Shown here piece by piece: positions 27,755 through 40,285 of a DNA stretch of 64,000 nt. Under the pieces are notes generated by a model. The model had not been told where the DNA came from. It did no database searches and saw only the letters and a list, made by a program, of their open reading frames with translations. A program made the translations under genes and the position numbers. Source of the DNA: Octopus sinensis (lineage: Eukaryota); the NCBI RefSeq assembly GCF_006345805.1, contig NC_043002.1, positions 31,000,001 to 31,064,000 of the forward strand. The letters are read 5' to 3'. Position 1 is the first letter of the stretch. Every line of letters starts with the position of its first letter.

Positions 27755-28647
27755 TGTGGTCTGATCAATAAGTATCTGGACTGTTGCCATAGTAACGAAG
27801 CCAAAGCACGAAAAGTAAATCCACTTGGCACAGACTAACCATGAACGCTGTTGTGCATGAGCACTAAATTTTAATGTTCTACCTTGATTCCGCTGTTTAC
27901 AGCAGTGCTCGGAAGGAAGGTATGTAGCGTGTGATCGATGCATTGAATATGACAGAGAATGTTGAACAAAGAATCTGCATCAAATTTTGGCAAAAGCTTG
28001 GCGATATTTGCTCAGAAGCCTATGCAAATTTTCAAAAAGTTTTACTCCTTCTCGTCACAGTCAAGATCTCGTGCAACTGAAACCCGAGTGTCCTTTTGGT
28101 CAGCTGAAAGCTATTTTGGCAAAGAATTGGCAGATAGGCGTCTCATACACAAATCTTCAGTGATAATGTACTAGACTGAACTGTAACTATTCTGCACATC
28201 TTTTGATATCTTACGGATGGTGATTCGATGATATTTTCCATCACAGGTGCACACTCATCTGCAATGTTTTTCTCAGTTCTACTGGTTTGGGCTCTCCTGC
28301 AACGTTCGTCACTATCGTCATTTTTCCGGCCATCTTGGATACGTCTGATCCACTAGTAAACTTATGTGCGGCTCATACACTCCTCTCCATACACTTTTCG
28401 CAACTTTATGTTGGCCACTGAGTCGTTATGGCCATCACAACTTTCACTGTCATGGACAATTCGACGATCACACGCTGCACACTTTTGTTCCAAGCACTGC
28501 TGTACACAGCGGAAACAAGCTAGAACGTGAAAACTTAGTGTGCATACACTGCAGTGTTCAAAGTCAATTTTTGCCAAGCAACTTTACACCGCATGATTTA
28601 AATTCATTACTGTGGCGACAGATCGGATACTTATTGGTCAGACCTCA
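27755..28647. mobile_element. Non-autonomous mariner built from two inverted left ends, flanked by TA
   Basis: TA|TGTGGTCTGATCAATAAGTATC on the left and TA|TGAGGTCTGACCAATAAGTATC on the right (reverse complement). The plus arm encodes MTENVEQRICIKF.QKLGD; the minus arm encodes KLRKVYGEECMSRT...SRTEKNI...ITEDLCMRRLSA...DQKDTRVSVA, the mariner transposase N-terminus. Confidence 0.85.
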
Positions 28648-28699
28648 TACAAATATATTATATATATATAAATATATATATATAATATATATATAATTT

Positions 28700-29100
28700 T
28701 TTTTTCAGAATTTGATAAAAAAAATCCAAGATTTTAGAACATATATAAATAGAAGGACTTACAGCTGTTTCCAGGATATTTATTATATCCCTTTATCGGA
28801 GATGGTGTGAGAAAATGGTTAAGCAATAGTTAGTTTAGATAAGATACGAAATAGAGAGTGAAGTGGAAGAATGAAAATAGATTGAGATATGCAAGGATAT
28901 TGCATTTGTAGCTCCATTATTTAGGCAGAATGGTATACGTATAATATTCCATATATTGTGAGTAAAATCCAATAGTATCTAAAATTGGTCATTCCAAGTT
29001 TAAAGTTTGTACGCAGTGCTATTAAATCAAGGGTTTTATTTAAAGTGACCTAAAATTAGGGAACGTATTTGTGAGGTCAAATCGGAAACAGGAAGAGAGG
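28700..29100 (-). mobile_element. Penelope-like pLTR relic with a decayed hammerhead motif (28755-28801)
   Basis: Minus strand ctccgataaa-GGGATAT-aataa-ATATCCT-g-GAAAC-AGCT-GTA-ag: stem II, GAAA and the palindromic stem III are intact; the CTGATGA box is mutated. Confidence 0.55.
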
Positions 29101-29416
29101 AATAAAGGAAAGAAAGAAAAGGGAGAAACAAGGAGAGAGATTATAAGGGAAAGTGTACCAGGGAAAATGTACCAGTCAATCAAGATAATTTGGAAGTAGG
29201 AATGGGGAGATGAGGGTGATAGAGAGAGATAGGTATTAGAATGTAAAAAGATAGATGGAATGGGGTAGATAGAGAGAGAGAGGGAGGTATAAACAGTAAA
29301 GGAGTGTCAGTTAAGATAGAGTAGTAGTATGCTTGACTGAAGGCGGTGCTCCAGCATAGCCAAAATCAAATTACTGAACCAAATAAAAGAATAAAAGAGT
29401 TAAAAAGAGTATAACA

Positions 29417-29479
<63 letters not shown>

Positions 29480-29481
29480 CA

Positions 29482-29537
<56 letters not shown>

Positions 29538-29734
29538 GCAAACACCTTGAAACCTGGGTCCGTATGTGGCATCCGCTTCTTCGGGGAATGATCTCCCTTT
29601 GCAAGCTAGAGGACGCCGTGATGGCGTCAGTCCTTCTGGTGACGTTGATGATCGCCTGGGGCTAAATGCATCAGTAACACCCCCACCGCCCTGCCCTGTC
29701 CCTAGCCATATTCGGATGGCTAACGTCCCTTATG

Positions 29735-29767
<33 letters not shown>

Positions 29768-29769
<2 letters not shown>

Positions 29770-30146
29770 CGTAGGAGTCGCTATGTGATATGTAGCTTGC
29801 TTACCAACTACATGATCCTGGGTTCAGTCCTACTGCGTGGCACCTTGTGTCTTCTACTATAACCTCGGGACGACCAAAGCCTGGTTAATGGGTTTGGTAG
29901 ACGGAAACTGGAAGAAGCCCGGCGTATATGTTTGTGTGCCTGTGTTTGTCCCCCACCCAACATTGCTTGACAACTGATGCTGGTGTGTTTACGTCACCCG
30001 TAACTTAGCGGTTCAACAAAAGAGAACCGATAGAATAAGTACTAGGCTTACAAAGAATAAGCACTGGGGTCGATTTGCTCGACTGAAGGCAGTGCTCCAG
30101 CATGGCCGCAGTCAAATGACTGAAGCAAGTAAAAGAATAAAAGAAA
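29768..30146 (+). mobile_element. SINE family A, near full length
   Basis: tRNA-like head ggcgtaggagtcgctatgtg...gggttcagtcc, internal TA/TG tract, tail gtgctccagcatggccgcagtcaaatgactgaagcaagtaaaagaataaaaga. Starts directly after (TA)n. Confidence 0.9.
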
Positions 30147-31047
30147 GGAAGAATATACACCTGAGTAAGTACTTCAATGCGGAACAAGGTGGAAAAAATA
30201 GTACTCGAGTACAAGAGGTAGAATAATATTCTTTATAAAAAAGCAGCAAAAAATCACAAAAATTGTTACTCAGAGCTTCACGTTCCCGTTTGTCTAAACA
30301 GAACTGTCCGACGACATATATACATATCTATATGTGAACACACACACATGCGCAAACAAATATAGGTATATATGTAATACCTTACAGCCAAATATGCACT
30401 TTTACCAAATTACTTTCACCTCACCTGGAATGACACAAATTACGCAGACTGGTGGAAGTGGAGTTACAAAAGACAAGCGAATAGTAGAAGGACAGCCGAC
30501 AATATTTAAGAAAAAGTAAGAACAAGTGATAGATAAAAAAATAGAGAGAGAGTGGGAATGATGGAGAAAGAGATTGTGGAGAATGTGAGGAAAGGGTGAG
30601 GACGTAGAGAAGGCGAGGAAGTAGGAGTTGGTGAAACATTATTAGCATACATGATGTAATAATGGAAAAATTTTTAATAGATACCGGCATGTGAGGTCTT
30701 AGCGAAATACGGTCTCACACCCGACGCCTACATTGTCATATTATTTTATTTCCTTTATTTCACAAAGCGGCTTAAACTTTTATGTCCGTAGAAATCTAAT
30801 TAAGACAATATTAATCTGGCGATAAGGTTTCGTGCCATAAGTGCGGTGGGGGAGGAGATATATATAAGATTATAATTATAGGTTGCAATGGATTTAAAAA
30901 TAAATTTAAAACAGAATGCAAACATGCTTATACGTACATATAAAACCAGACATATACGTAGACAATCTTATGTGTGTGTGTGTACATATATTCATACACA
31001 CATATATGCATACATATATACATTCAATCATTAATACATATGAGTAA

Positions 31048-31096
<49 letters not shown>

Positions 31097-31528
31097 GTGT
31101 GTGTATATATATATATGAAAGTTAATACGAATGTGTATGCATATTTGTGTATATATATACAGCTATGTAAGAACACACGCAAACACATACATACATATTA
31201 GTGACATACAGAACTGAAAATAATTTATAGTTAATTGAAATAGCAACCCTAATGAGGGAAAAGTAATTAGCGTTAATGACAATTTGAAGCCAGTAAAGGC
31301 AAGTGTATGAACTTGCACTTAACTATGGATTCTTCACGCAGAAGATATCCTGGGAATTTTTCAGATTCATTCTTTCTATGAACGTTTGATTATGCATGTA
31401 AATATATTTCAAAGAGTGTATATCTGTAGTTTTACACATATACGTACATGCATATGTATATATATATATATATATATAAGTGTGTGTGTGTGTGTGTGTA
31501 CGTATGTATGTATGCACGCTCGCACACG

Positions 31529-31568
<40 letters not shown>

Positions 31569-32066
31569 ACATTGTATTGTCGCATAAATAAATGTCTAAT
31601 TTTATGCACACATAGGTAATATAAGACCAACCAGACAACTTGGCAGCCATGTTTGTAGTTGTCTTTAGTGTGTTGCATGCATAATGTATAATTATAAGTA
31701 CAGTGAAACCATATATACATATACACACGAACTTATACACATGTACACAGACATATGCATCCATTTATATGCATTGATTGAAGTATATAGTCACATAAGT
31801 AACATTTTAATATGAAGAGGGCTATAAAAGTACATCTGAAAACTGAAATGAATGTATCCCTGAATATAAATTTATGTATACGTGTATATATGTGTGCGTG
31901 TGTGTGTGTATGTGTGTGCATACATGTATATATATATATATATCTGTGTGTGTGCGCGCGTACATACTTGTGTGTGTATCTATATATGTATGCCATCTTA
32001 AAAGTACACATACGCTTGTCGACTGGATAAATAAATACGCCTGTTGGACGTGGTAACTAAATATAT

Positions 32067-32368
32067 TGTTGTTGTTGTTTGTTCTTTCTCGAGCCACGCT
32101 TGGCTCATAAGGCCGGTTTCCCGGTTTCCTTGGCGTATAGATTCCCCACCTGGACGGAATGCCGGTCCGCCGCAGGGAGCTGCAAGATACAGAAGGAAAG
32201 AGTGAGGAAGTTGTGGTGAAAGAGTCAGCAGAAGTTCGCCATTACCTTCTGCCAGAGCCGCGTTGCGCTTAGATGTTTCGCTCATAAACATCGACCGGTC
32301 TGAGATTCGAATCCGGGATCCCTCGACCGCAAGTCCGCTGCTCTAACCACTAGGTCGTGTGCCTCCAC
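32067..32368 (-). mobile_element. Full-length tRNA(Arg-like)-head SINE, body B1, tail T2 ending in (CAA)n, with 12-bp TSD
   Basis: Head GTGGAGGCACACGACCTAGTGGTTAGAGCAGCGGACTTGCGGTC...GGATTCGAATC. TSD AACTAAATATAT at 32055-32066 and 32369-32380. Confidence 0.9.
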
Positions 32369-32509
32369 AACTAAATATATAGGTGTAGCAAAAAATGATG
32401 GTGCTGCAGCTGGCACGGTTGCAAACCCAACTAAGCCACGTACATTCACATACAAAAGCAACACAAACAACAGACCCGGGATGGATACCATTGCAGCAAA
32501 GCCAGCGAT

Positions 32510-32935
32510 CACAGAAATTCTTTTAATAAATATTAGAGGCTTCCTACAAAGCAACAGCAATCAAGATATTGCATACCTGAGGGATCTCTCTGCAGATATA
32601 AATGACGCAGAGATACACATACCAATATAAGCTCTGTTCCGTGTAGACAGACGGGGAAGAAGTCACGGTGGAGTTGCATTGTATATCCGTGAAGATGTCA
32701 TAGCAACAACCCTGTTATTACACCTAAACTCTGTCTGTGACACTCTCATAGTTCATTTAGTGCAACTTCATGTCGTAATATGCACACTGTATCGCCCTCC
32801 TGATGCCTCAAATTATGATGGTAAATTTAAAGAATGTCTTACAATGGTAAGTTATGTAATAACAAAACTAGATGGACGTGTTAATATACTTCTGATGGGA
32901 GACTTCAACTTTCCCAAGATCAAGTGACCCAATTG
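32510..32935 (+). mobile_element. CR1-type LINE, APE endonuclease fragment
   Basis: LINIRGF...DAEIHIP...LFRVDRRGRSHGGVALYIRED...VICTLYRPPD...LLMGDFNFPKI. Confidence 0.85.
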
Positions 32936-33046
32936 CTAAATACTCAGATTCCTAACGGTGAGCGGTTAAAGACCTTTTTTTAGCTTACTGAACTTAAATA
33001 TGGAAAAAGCCTACCGACTTTGCAAATAAATTACTACTGCTCCTGA

Positions 33047-33625
33047 AAGGCGGTAGACTTGGTAGCAACGTTAGCATGTCGGGCGAAATGCTTGCCGGTA
33101 TTTCGTCTGTCTTTGCATCCTGAGTTCAGATTCCGCTGATGTCGACTTTATCTTTTCGAGATTCTTTCTTTTACATATTTCAGCCATTTGATTGCGGTCA
33201 TGCTGGAGCACCGCCTTTGGTCAAGCAAATCGACCCCAGGGCTTATTCTTTGGAAGCCTTGTACTTATTCTATCGGTCTCTTTTGCCGACCTGCTAAGTT
33301 GTGGGGACGTAAACACACCAGCATCAGTTATCAAGTGATGTTGGGAGGGGGACAAACACAGACACACAAACGTATACACACGCACATATATATACATATA
33401 TACGACGGGCTTCTTTCAGTTTCTGTCTACCAAATCCACTCACAATCCTTTGGTCGGCCCGAGGCATTATAGTAGAAGACACTTGCCCAAGGTACCACGC
33501 AGTGGGATTGAACCCAGAACCATGTGGTTCGATAAATTAAGTAATAGTTGCGTACTGGAGTCAATATAATTGACTGCCTCGCCATCGAAAATTTCGGGCC
33601 TTGTGCCTTAGTAGAAAAGATTAAT
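33047..33625 (+). mobile_element. SINE family N interrupted by an antisense family A SINE
   Basis: N 5' half at 33047-33160 (...gagttcagattccgctgatgtcgacttt) and N 3' half resuming at 33530 (cgataaattaagt...). Confidence 0.75.
33162..33529 (-). mobile_element. SINE family A (5'-truncated within the head), nested in the family N SINE
   Basis: Colinear with the reverse complement of the copy at 29768, up to ccatgtggtt. Confidence 0.9.
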
Positions 33626-33753
33626 AGTGTTCCTGAATGTTGTTTTTTTTTATGCCTACCACGAACTGCTCAAAGCTTACAAACTTCCTACATGTATATC
33701 CTTGGAATATAAAATTACACACACACACACACATATATATATATGTGTGTGTG

Positions 33754-33799
<46 letters not shown>

Positions 33800-34621
33800 T
33801 AGCGTGTTTTTGGAGGATCATGATGCCAGTAACAGTAACACAAGCACAGGTTCAACTCCACTTATTTATTATTAGTCAACTGGTTAAATACCTAACCAAA
33901 TAACTAATCGATCCTGTTTCACGCTTGGTTAAACAATCAATTGATTGTTCGGATTGTCCTACAAAGTTCTTTCATTGCTGCTCGCAACCTTTTCAGTGAC
34001 CCGTGACTCCCTACTTGCTCCGACACGTGCTTTCATTTGTTAAACAAATGATCGTTTACTTATGAGGTTTGATATTTAATCAATAGAGTAATAAGAAAAA
34101 TAAAATGGAAATGAACCTAACCTGCGTGTGCTATTGTTATCGGCAATATGACTCCCCTCATGATTCTTGGTATCTTCCTTTCTTCTCATACGAGACCAGT
34201 TGTTTTACCTAGCTACAGGTAGTATTGTGTGAAGCTTTTTCTCTCTACAAACGAACACGCATACACACGTACTCACATACACAAATACACGTACTCACAT
34301 ACACAAATACACGCACCCATAAATGAAATATTCACAGAAACGAGGTCTTCATTAAAATTGGTTCGAATATTGAGTCGCTACTCGTTGGGAAATATATCGT
34401 GCATTTAGTAGATCACTGACTATATGCATGCTCACATGCAAACATATTCTTGCACACACACACGCACATGCATACACATTACATACACCCTCATATACTC
34501 AGGTACATACACTATCTATCTATCTATCTATCTATCTATCTGTCTGTATATATATATTATATATATATATTCGATTCGATTCGTTTGGTTTCGTTTCTTC
34601 TTCTTCTTCTCTAAGCTGGTT

Positions 34622-34681
<60 letters not shown>

Positions 34682-34682
<1 letters not shown>

Positions 34683-34820
34683 CACCGTGATCACCGTGAC
34701 CTCGTGGAGCTTTAGGTGTTTTCGCTCAATAAACACTCACAACGCCCGGTCTGGGAATCGAAACCGCGATCCTACGACCGCGAGTCCGCTGCCCTAACCA
34801 CTAGGCCATTGCGCCTACAC
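34682..34820 (-). mobile_element. tRNA(Arg-like)-head SINE, body B1, internally deleted, with a different tail (tcaccgtga repeat)
   Basis: 34700-34820 is nearly identical to the reverse complement of 41958-42080; it is fused to atcaccgtgatcaccgtgac. Confidence 0.85.
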
Positions 34821-34861
34821 ACACACACACACACACACACACACCACACACACACACACAC

Positions 34862-34908
<47 letters not shown>

Positions 34909-34924
34909 TCAAAATGTGAGCGCG

Positions 34925-35125
34925 TGTGTACTGTTGGCGATTTTTTTTCCTCCATCATCCTTTCTTTGGATCTTTCTTTTTCCTATGCTTCTGATGAAGA
35001 GCTCTACTCGAAACGTTAAACCCTCCCTCTTTCCTCCTTTCCTGAGCGTCCAATAACACTATACTTGTTCCACGTCCTCGTGTTGTTGTGTTTTCTCTTT
35101 GTGTTTTTATGTTTGGTGTAACTAT
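34925..35125 (+). mobile_element. Penelope-like pLTR
   Basis: Contains a minimal hammerhead; homologous to the relics at 45075-45285 and 50555-50710 (shared ctcgaaacgt.aaa...tttcc..cctgagcgtc...aatac); ends in (TA)n. Confidence 0.7.
34987..35021 (+). ncRNA. Minimal type I hammerhead ribozyme motif (PLE type)
   Basis: gctt-CTGATGA-a-GAG-ctcta-CTC-GAAA-C-GTT-aaac: both catalytic boxes are intact, with a 3-bp stem II, loopless palindromic stem III (ACGT), an NUH triplet and an imperfect stem I. Confidence 0.7.
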
Positions 35126-35141
35126 ATATTATATATATATA

Positions 35142-35757
35142 CTAGCAGTATCGCCCGGCGTTGCTCGGGTTTGTAAGGGAAATAACTATATAAGCATTTT
35201 TAGAGAGTTATAGCCAAAAAATAGCAAAAAAAAATTAAAAAATGGAAAAAAATATGATGGTAAAATTTTAGACATTTTTAGAGAGTTACTTCCCTTATAT
35301 AATAGCGAAAAAATGCATTAAAATGGAAAAAAAAACGATGGTAAATTTTTTTTAAATCGTAGACTCATGTAGACGCTTTCTTAGCCATTTCTGTTTTGGT
35401 GTCTTGAAGCCATGAAGTCGTTGTTCTAAAAGAACACTGGTCTCCTTGACAACGCATTACGACGTTGATTTCCTTACACTCCCTTCCTCACAGGTGCAGG
35501 TGTGAGCGTGGGCGCCAACTCCGCCGCCATCGACACACGAAAAATTATGCATTAAAATGGAATAAAAAATGATGTTAAATTATTTTTAAAATCGTAGACT
35601 CATCGTAGACGCGCGCTAATATTCAGACGGGCTCGATATGAATCACGACTATAAGCTACCCGAATTTGGTTAAACTGTACCGCAAAATGTGGGAGTAGTT
35701 AGGAATCTAAATCGAAGGGGACAGACACTCACACAACTACAGTTTTATATATATAGA
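35142..35757 (-). mobile_element. Non-autonomous Helitron, 616 bp
   Basis: Minus strand reads A|TCTATATATATAAAA...CCCGAGCAACGCCGGG-cgatactg-CTAG|T: 5'-TC, 3'-CTAG, a GC-rich hairpin 8 nt before the CTAG, inserted between A and T with no TSD. Confidence 0.85.
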
Positions 35758-35769
35758 TATACATAGCGC

Positions 35770-36150
35770 AGTAGTGGTGAGATATGACAGCAAAGAAAAG
35801 CATACATTCACTCTTTGCATGCAATTGACTCGGAAAGTTCGTGAGGAACCCATTGACCCAATTTGCTGACTTTTCCGATAGCACACAGGTGTCAATGAAT
35901 GGTTGAATGACCAAATCCAAGCTTCTCTGCTAGTTCCTCAACAGTTACGATGATATTTTGTTCCACCAGGGTTTTCAGGATGTCCTTGTCGAGTTCTACA
36001 GATCTTTCACGATGAGGCTCGTCTTCTAGGCTGTAGTTTATGGCTCGGGATTTCTGGAACCACCATTGACACTGCCTTACGCTTATTGTCCAATCCCCAT
36101 ATACTGCATTAATATTTCTTGTACTTTGCACACATTTATATTCTGTTATT
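35770..36150 (-). mobile_element. Mariner transposase N-terminal fragment
   Basis: RNINAVYG..ISVRQCQWWFQK...SLEDEP..ERSVELD..ILKTLVEQN...TVEELAEKLGFGHSTI, then GKVSKLGQWVPHEL in the adjacent frame (WVPHEL motif). Confidence 0.85.
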
Positions 36151-36200
36151 CTTTTATATGTTTCAGCCTTGAGGTTGTGGCCATGCTGGACCATGTGTGT

Positions 36201-36232
<32 letters not shown>

Positions 36233-37552
36233 TATCTGTCTGTCTGTCTGTATGTATATATGTATATGTATGTGTGTGAACAATAATATTTTCAACAGAT
36301 GTGTTGCAAATGTATCTGATTGTTCTCAAGCTTCAATACTGTGTGTGTGTATGTGTGTGTGTGTATGTATGTATGTATATGTATGTATGTATGTTTATGT
36401 ATGTATGTATGTGTGTATGTATGTATGTGTGTGTGTATGTATGTGTGTGTGTATGTGTGTGTGTGTATGTATGTATGTATGTATGTATGTATGTATGTAT
36501 GTATGTATGTATGTATGTATGTATGTATGTATGAGTGTATGTTTACTTTATTACTAATTACTCTCTTCCAAGAACATTTTCACTCACTCTTAGCTCTTAG
36601 CTTCCTATACATTTTACTCATGTATCTATCAGCGTCATAGACAGAATACTTTCACTTTAGTCTTCCTCAAATCTGTCGCTATTTACTTTCATGTTATTCG
36701 TTGCCCACTGTGTGTGTGCGTTTGCGTGTGGTGTAAACCAGACTAAGAAAAGCATTTGACACACACACCAGAATGTGAGTTTTCTGTAAATTTTGCTTAA
36801 TTGGAGTTTAAATTTTAAAAACTGGACCTGGCATGACGCGATGCATTGTACTTTCAAAAATGGTAGGTAAATTGTAATTGAAGAAATCCTATATTGTAGA
36901 TTTGTATAACTCCCAAAGGGAGGCAGATAAAATCTGCCTTTTATAATAAGATTATAATAAGAGATTATAATAAGAGATATATATATATATATATATAACT
37001 TTCTATTAGTGTTATTGTGTCCGCATGTGTGCGTATATGTACGTCTGTATTTATCAACGTGTGCGAGCGCAGGTGCATAGGCATGGGTATATGAGACACT
37101 GAAACGATGGTTAATATTTCTAATGTACAAAGTCTCGTTTGAAGGAATGCGCATGCATTTCCATCTCGCTTATTTACAACCCACTTACAACCTGACGTCG
37201 CTGCATAGCCTCTACTCTGAACCAGGAAGCAGAGTTGATAAATGTGTGCACGTTCTCTCCATTAATCCGCAGTATGTAGTTGATGAATGTATACACCTGG
37301 TGTGTGCGTTATTGTTGCTAATAAACATTGATGCTAATCTGTTTCGTGAATCTATTTGAAGTTGTATAGCGATGTGTATATTACGTGTGTTTCCGTGTGT
37401 ACGTGCTTGCGTGTGTGCGTGCATATGTGTGTGCGTGTGTGTGTGTGCCTCTGTCAGTGTGTGTGTTGGTGTGTGTGTGTGTGTGCCTGTGTGTGTGTGT
37501 GTGTGTGTATTTGCCTCTCTATGTAAGACCTTATCATCCAGTCATTGCTTAA

Positions 37553-37770
37553 GGCGGGGAACAGGCAGAATCGTTCGGAAGCCGGACGACAAAATGCTTA
37601 GCGGTATTTTGTCAGACTTTACGTTCTGAGTTCAAATTACGCCGAGGTCGACTTTGCTTTTCATCATTTCCGGGTCAATAAAATATGTACTATTCAAGCA
37701 CTGGGGTCAATGTAATGGATGGACTATCACCATTCGCCTCAAAAATTTAAGACTTATTGTAGAAATAACA
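37553..37770 (+). mobile_element. SINE family N
   Basis: ggcagaatcgtt...aaatgcttagcggtatttt...gttctgagttcaaattacgccgaggtcgactttgc. Confidence 0.8.
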
Positions 37771-38073
37771 ATTCAGCCATTGTTTAGCTCGTTGATCTGC
37801 TCTAAAGGGGATCTAAGATCAAAGAGCGTTCCTCATAAACCATCCTATTTAGATTCGGCCGTAGTGTTGCATTAAAGATTATAATATTTAATTTCAATTT
37901 TCTTTTCAAGAACGTACCGTGAAATTTGATGTAGATTTAGTTGATACTTTTTGGAGATCATATTTTCATGTCGAGATTTTCTTCATGGGTTTGTGTGACT
38001 TAATGTTTTTGTGTCTAATTACATTTCAGTCACTTTGTGTCACATCTCAGTCACACGTGTTCTGTTCTTCAAT

Positions 38074-38126
<53 letters not shown>

Positions 38127-38579
38127 TAAATTAGGTTTGAAATATTGATTCTGTTCATTTTATTGTATCGTAATGAAAAGGAAGCGAACTGTTACAGAAA
38201 ATGTTACACCATATAAAGCAATAAAACCTTATGTTCTGATGTTGTTGTTGTGTAGCAACCATCTGGCCTTTTTCTCGATTGAGCCCACCTAATAAGGGAG
38301 GCCCTCTACGTGTTTATTATGTTCACTGCAAACAGTAGCCAAATCTCCCTAAAATATCACCGGCTAAACTTAAAACAGAAAGACACACCAGTAAATATGG
38401 CCATAGATTCAGTATTTAATCAATACCTGGTAGCCATACCTTGGATAGAATGTGTGATCATAAGTCTTCTCAGTCAGAGCGGACTTGGGTGTAAACCACA
38501 GCTGCAACAACACTGATAAAACAAAACATTTCAGCGGTGACCATACCACCCTTTTTGGTCTTGAAAATTACATTGTGAA

Positions 38580-38730
38580 TCCACGTGGCCTAGGTTGTTG
38601 CTTTCGTGCATGTAATATTATGGTTTAGAGTCGCAGAACGATGTTGCATTGTGATTTTGAGCAAAACATTTCGTTTCACATTGCTCTAGTCTGACTCAGT
38701 TGTAAATAGGTAACTCTGCAATGGATAGGC
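38580..38730 (+). mobile_element. Decayed CORE-like SINE
   Basis: cgtggcctag...ttgtgattttgagcaaaacatttcgtttcacattgctctagtctgactcagttgtaaat. Confidence 0.5.
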
Positions 38731-40050
38731 GTCGCGTTTAGATGCGAATGTTGCATCCCCTGTCCTGCCTGTCTGCCTAGCCAGTAGTGTAACATCATTC
38801 GTAGCACATCGTGACTACCGGTGAATAATAACATCCGATAGTCTGGTCGATACAGTGAAGACTATATTATCTGATGGATTGTTTTCTTTCTCAAGATTGC
38901 GCAGTAGACTGGTTATTATTTTTAGGAGAAGAAGCAACGACGTAATGAAGTGGATCTCATAATGATTGATTCGTTTGAGAACAATAGTGATGGTGCTTAG
39001 CATCATGAAAATCTACCAGTTCAATAATATTCCATCTACTGAACCTTTTGAAGTGAAAAAAATCCAATATACTGGAACAGAATTCTATTTTGGAAAAAAA
39101 AATTAGTGTTTTGCACTTTGTATTGAAGAATATAAGAAGGTCATAGCAAAAACCTTGCTGGTAAAATGGTCAAAAGACAAGGTTAGAAAAGATATGGAAG
39201 ATATGGGATAAGAAATATGGGGAGGTTCAGGGTAATAAGAATTATGAGGATACAAAGGAAAAAGTGTATTTGTGAGAAAGTGTGTTGTAGGATCGGTTTA
39301 CGTGTTTGTATATATGAGTCTTATTGAAGGGTCACAAAGGTGAATGTCAGTTGAGATTTATCAGGATGAAATAAATCTCCGATGGAGGCGGGGCATTTAG
39401 TGTCTAATGGCCGTGATGACAACTGTACAACATTAATATCACCGACATATCTCGAGCCCCCACTATCAAGGCCACCAACACCACCTCACCACCACAAACT
39501 CCACTACCACCACCACCTCCATCGCCACCACCACCATCAACTCTTGTACCACCACTGCCACTACAGTCATCTTCAAAGACCACCACAATTACTCTAAGTA
39601 TAATCAATTCGCACTATCGCCACCATCATACACCGCCTCTAACCACCATCATAATCGCCACCATCATACACCGCCTCTAACCACCACTAACGTTTTAACT
39701 CAGCATCAAATTGTTTATTCTTCTCTATTTATAATTCCCTCTCTTCTCTGTCTGTCCTTGTCTCTCTCTCTCGCTCTCGTTCACTCTCTTTCTCTCTCCA
39801 TTCCCCTCCCCCTCTCTCTCTCTCTCTAACACCCATACCCACACGCTAACATCACTTCTGTTAAGTGAATGAATTTTAACCACCTCTACCGTCAGCCCTA
39901 ACCTGACTCTAACCAACACTTCCATATAACTATTCTCACACGTCTAACTGGACAAAGAAATATACTTAACGTGATTTAACCACCAGCAGGAAATAACGGC
40001 TAAGTTTCCCTGAAAACATTCTTTACAATCGTACGTTAGAGAACGCTATG

Positions 40051-40176
<126 letters not shown>

Positions 40177-40191
40177 GAGATATAGAGAGAG

Positions 40192-40285
<94 letters not shown>

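Noticed and set aside
39617-39687. 32-nt tandem duplication (period 39); similar short duplications near 34265 and 63470
   Set aside because: Ordinary slippage duplications in low-complexity sequence.
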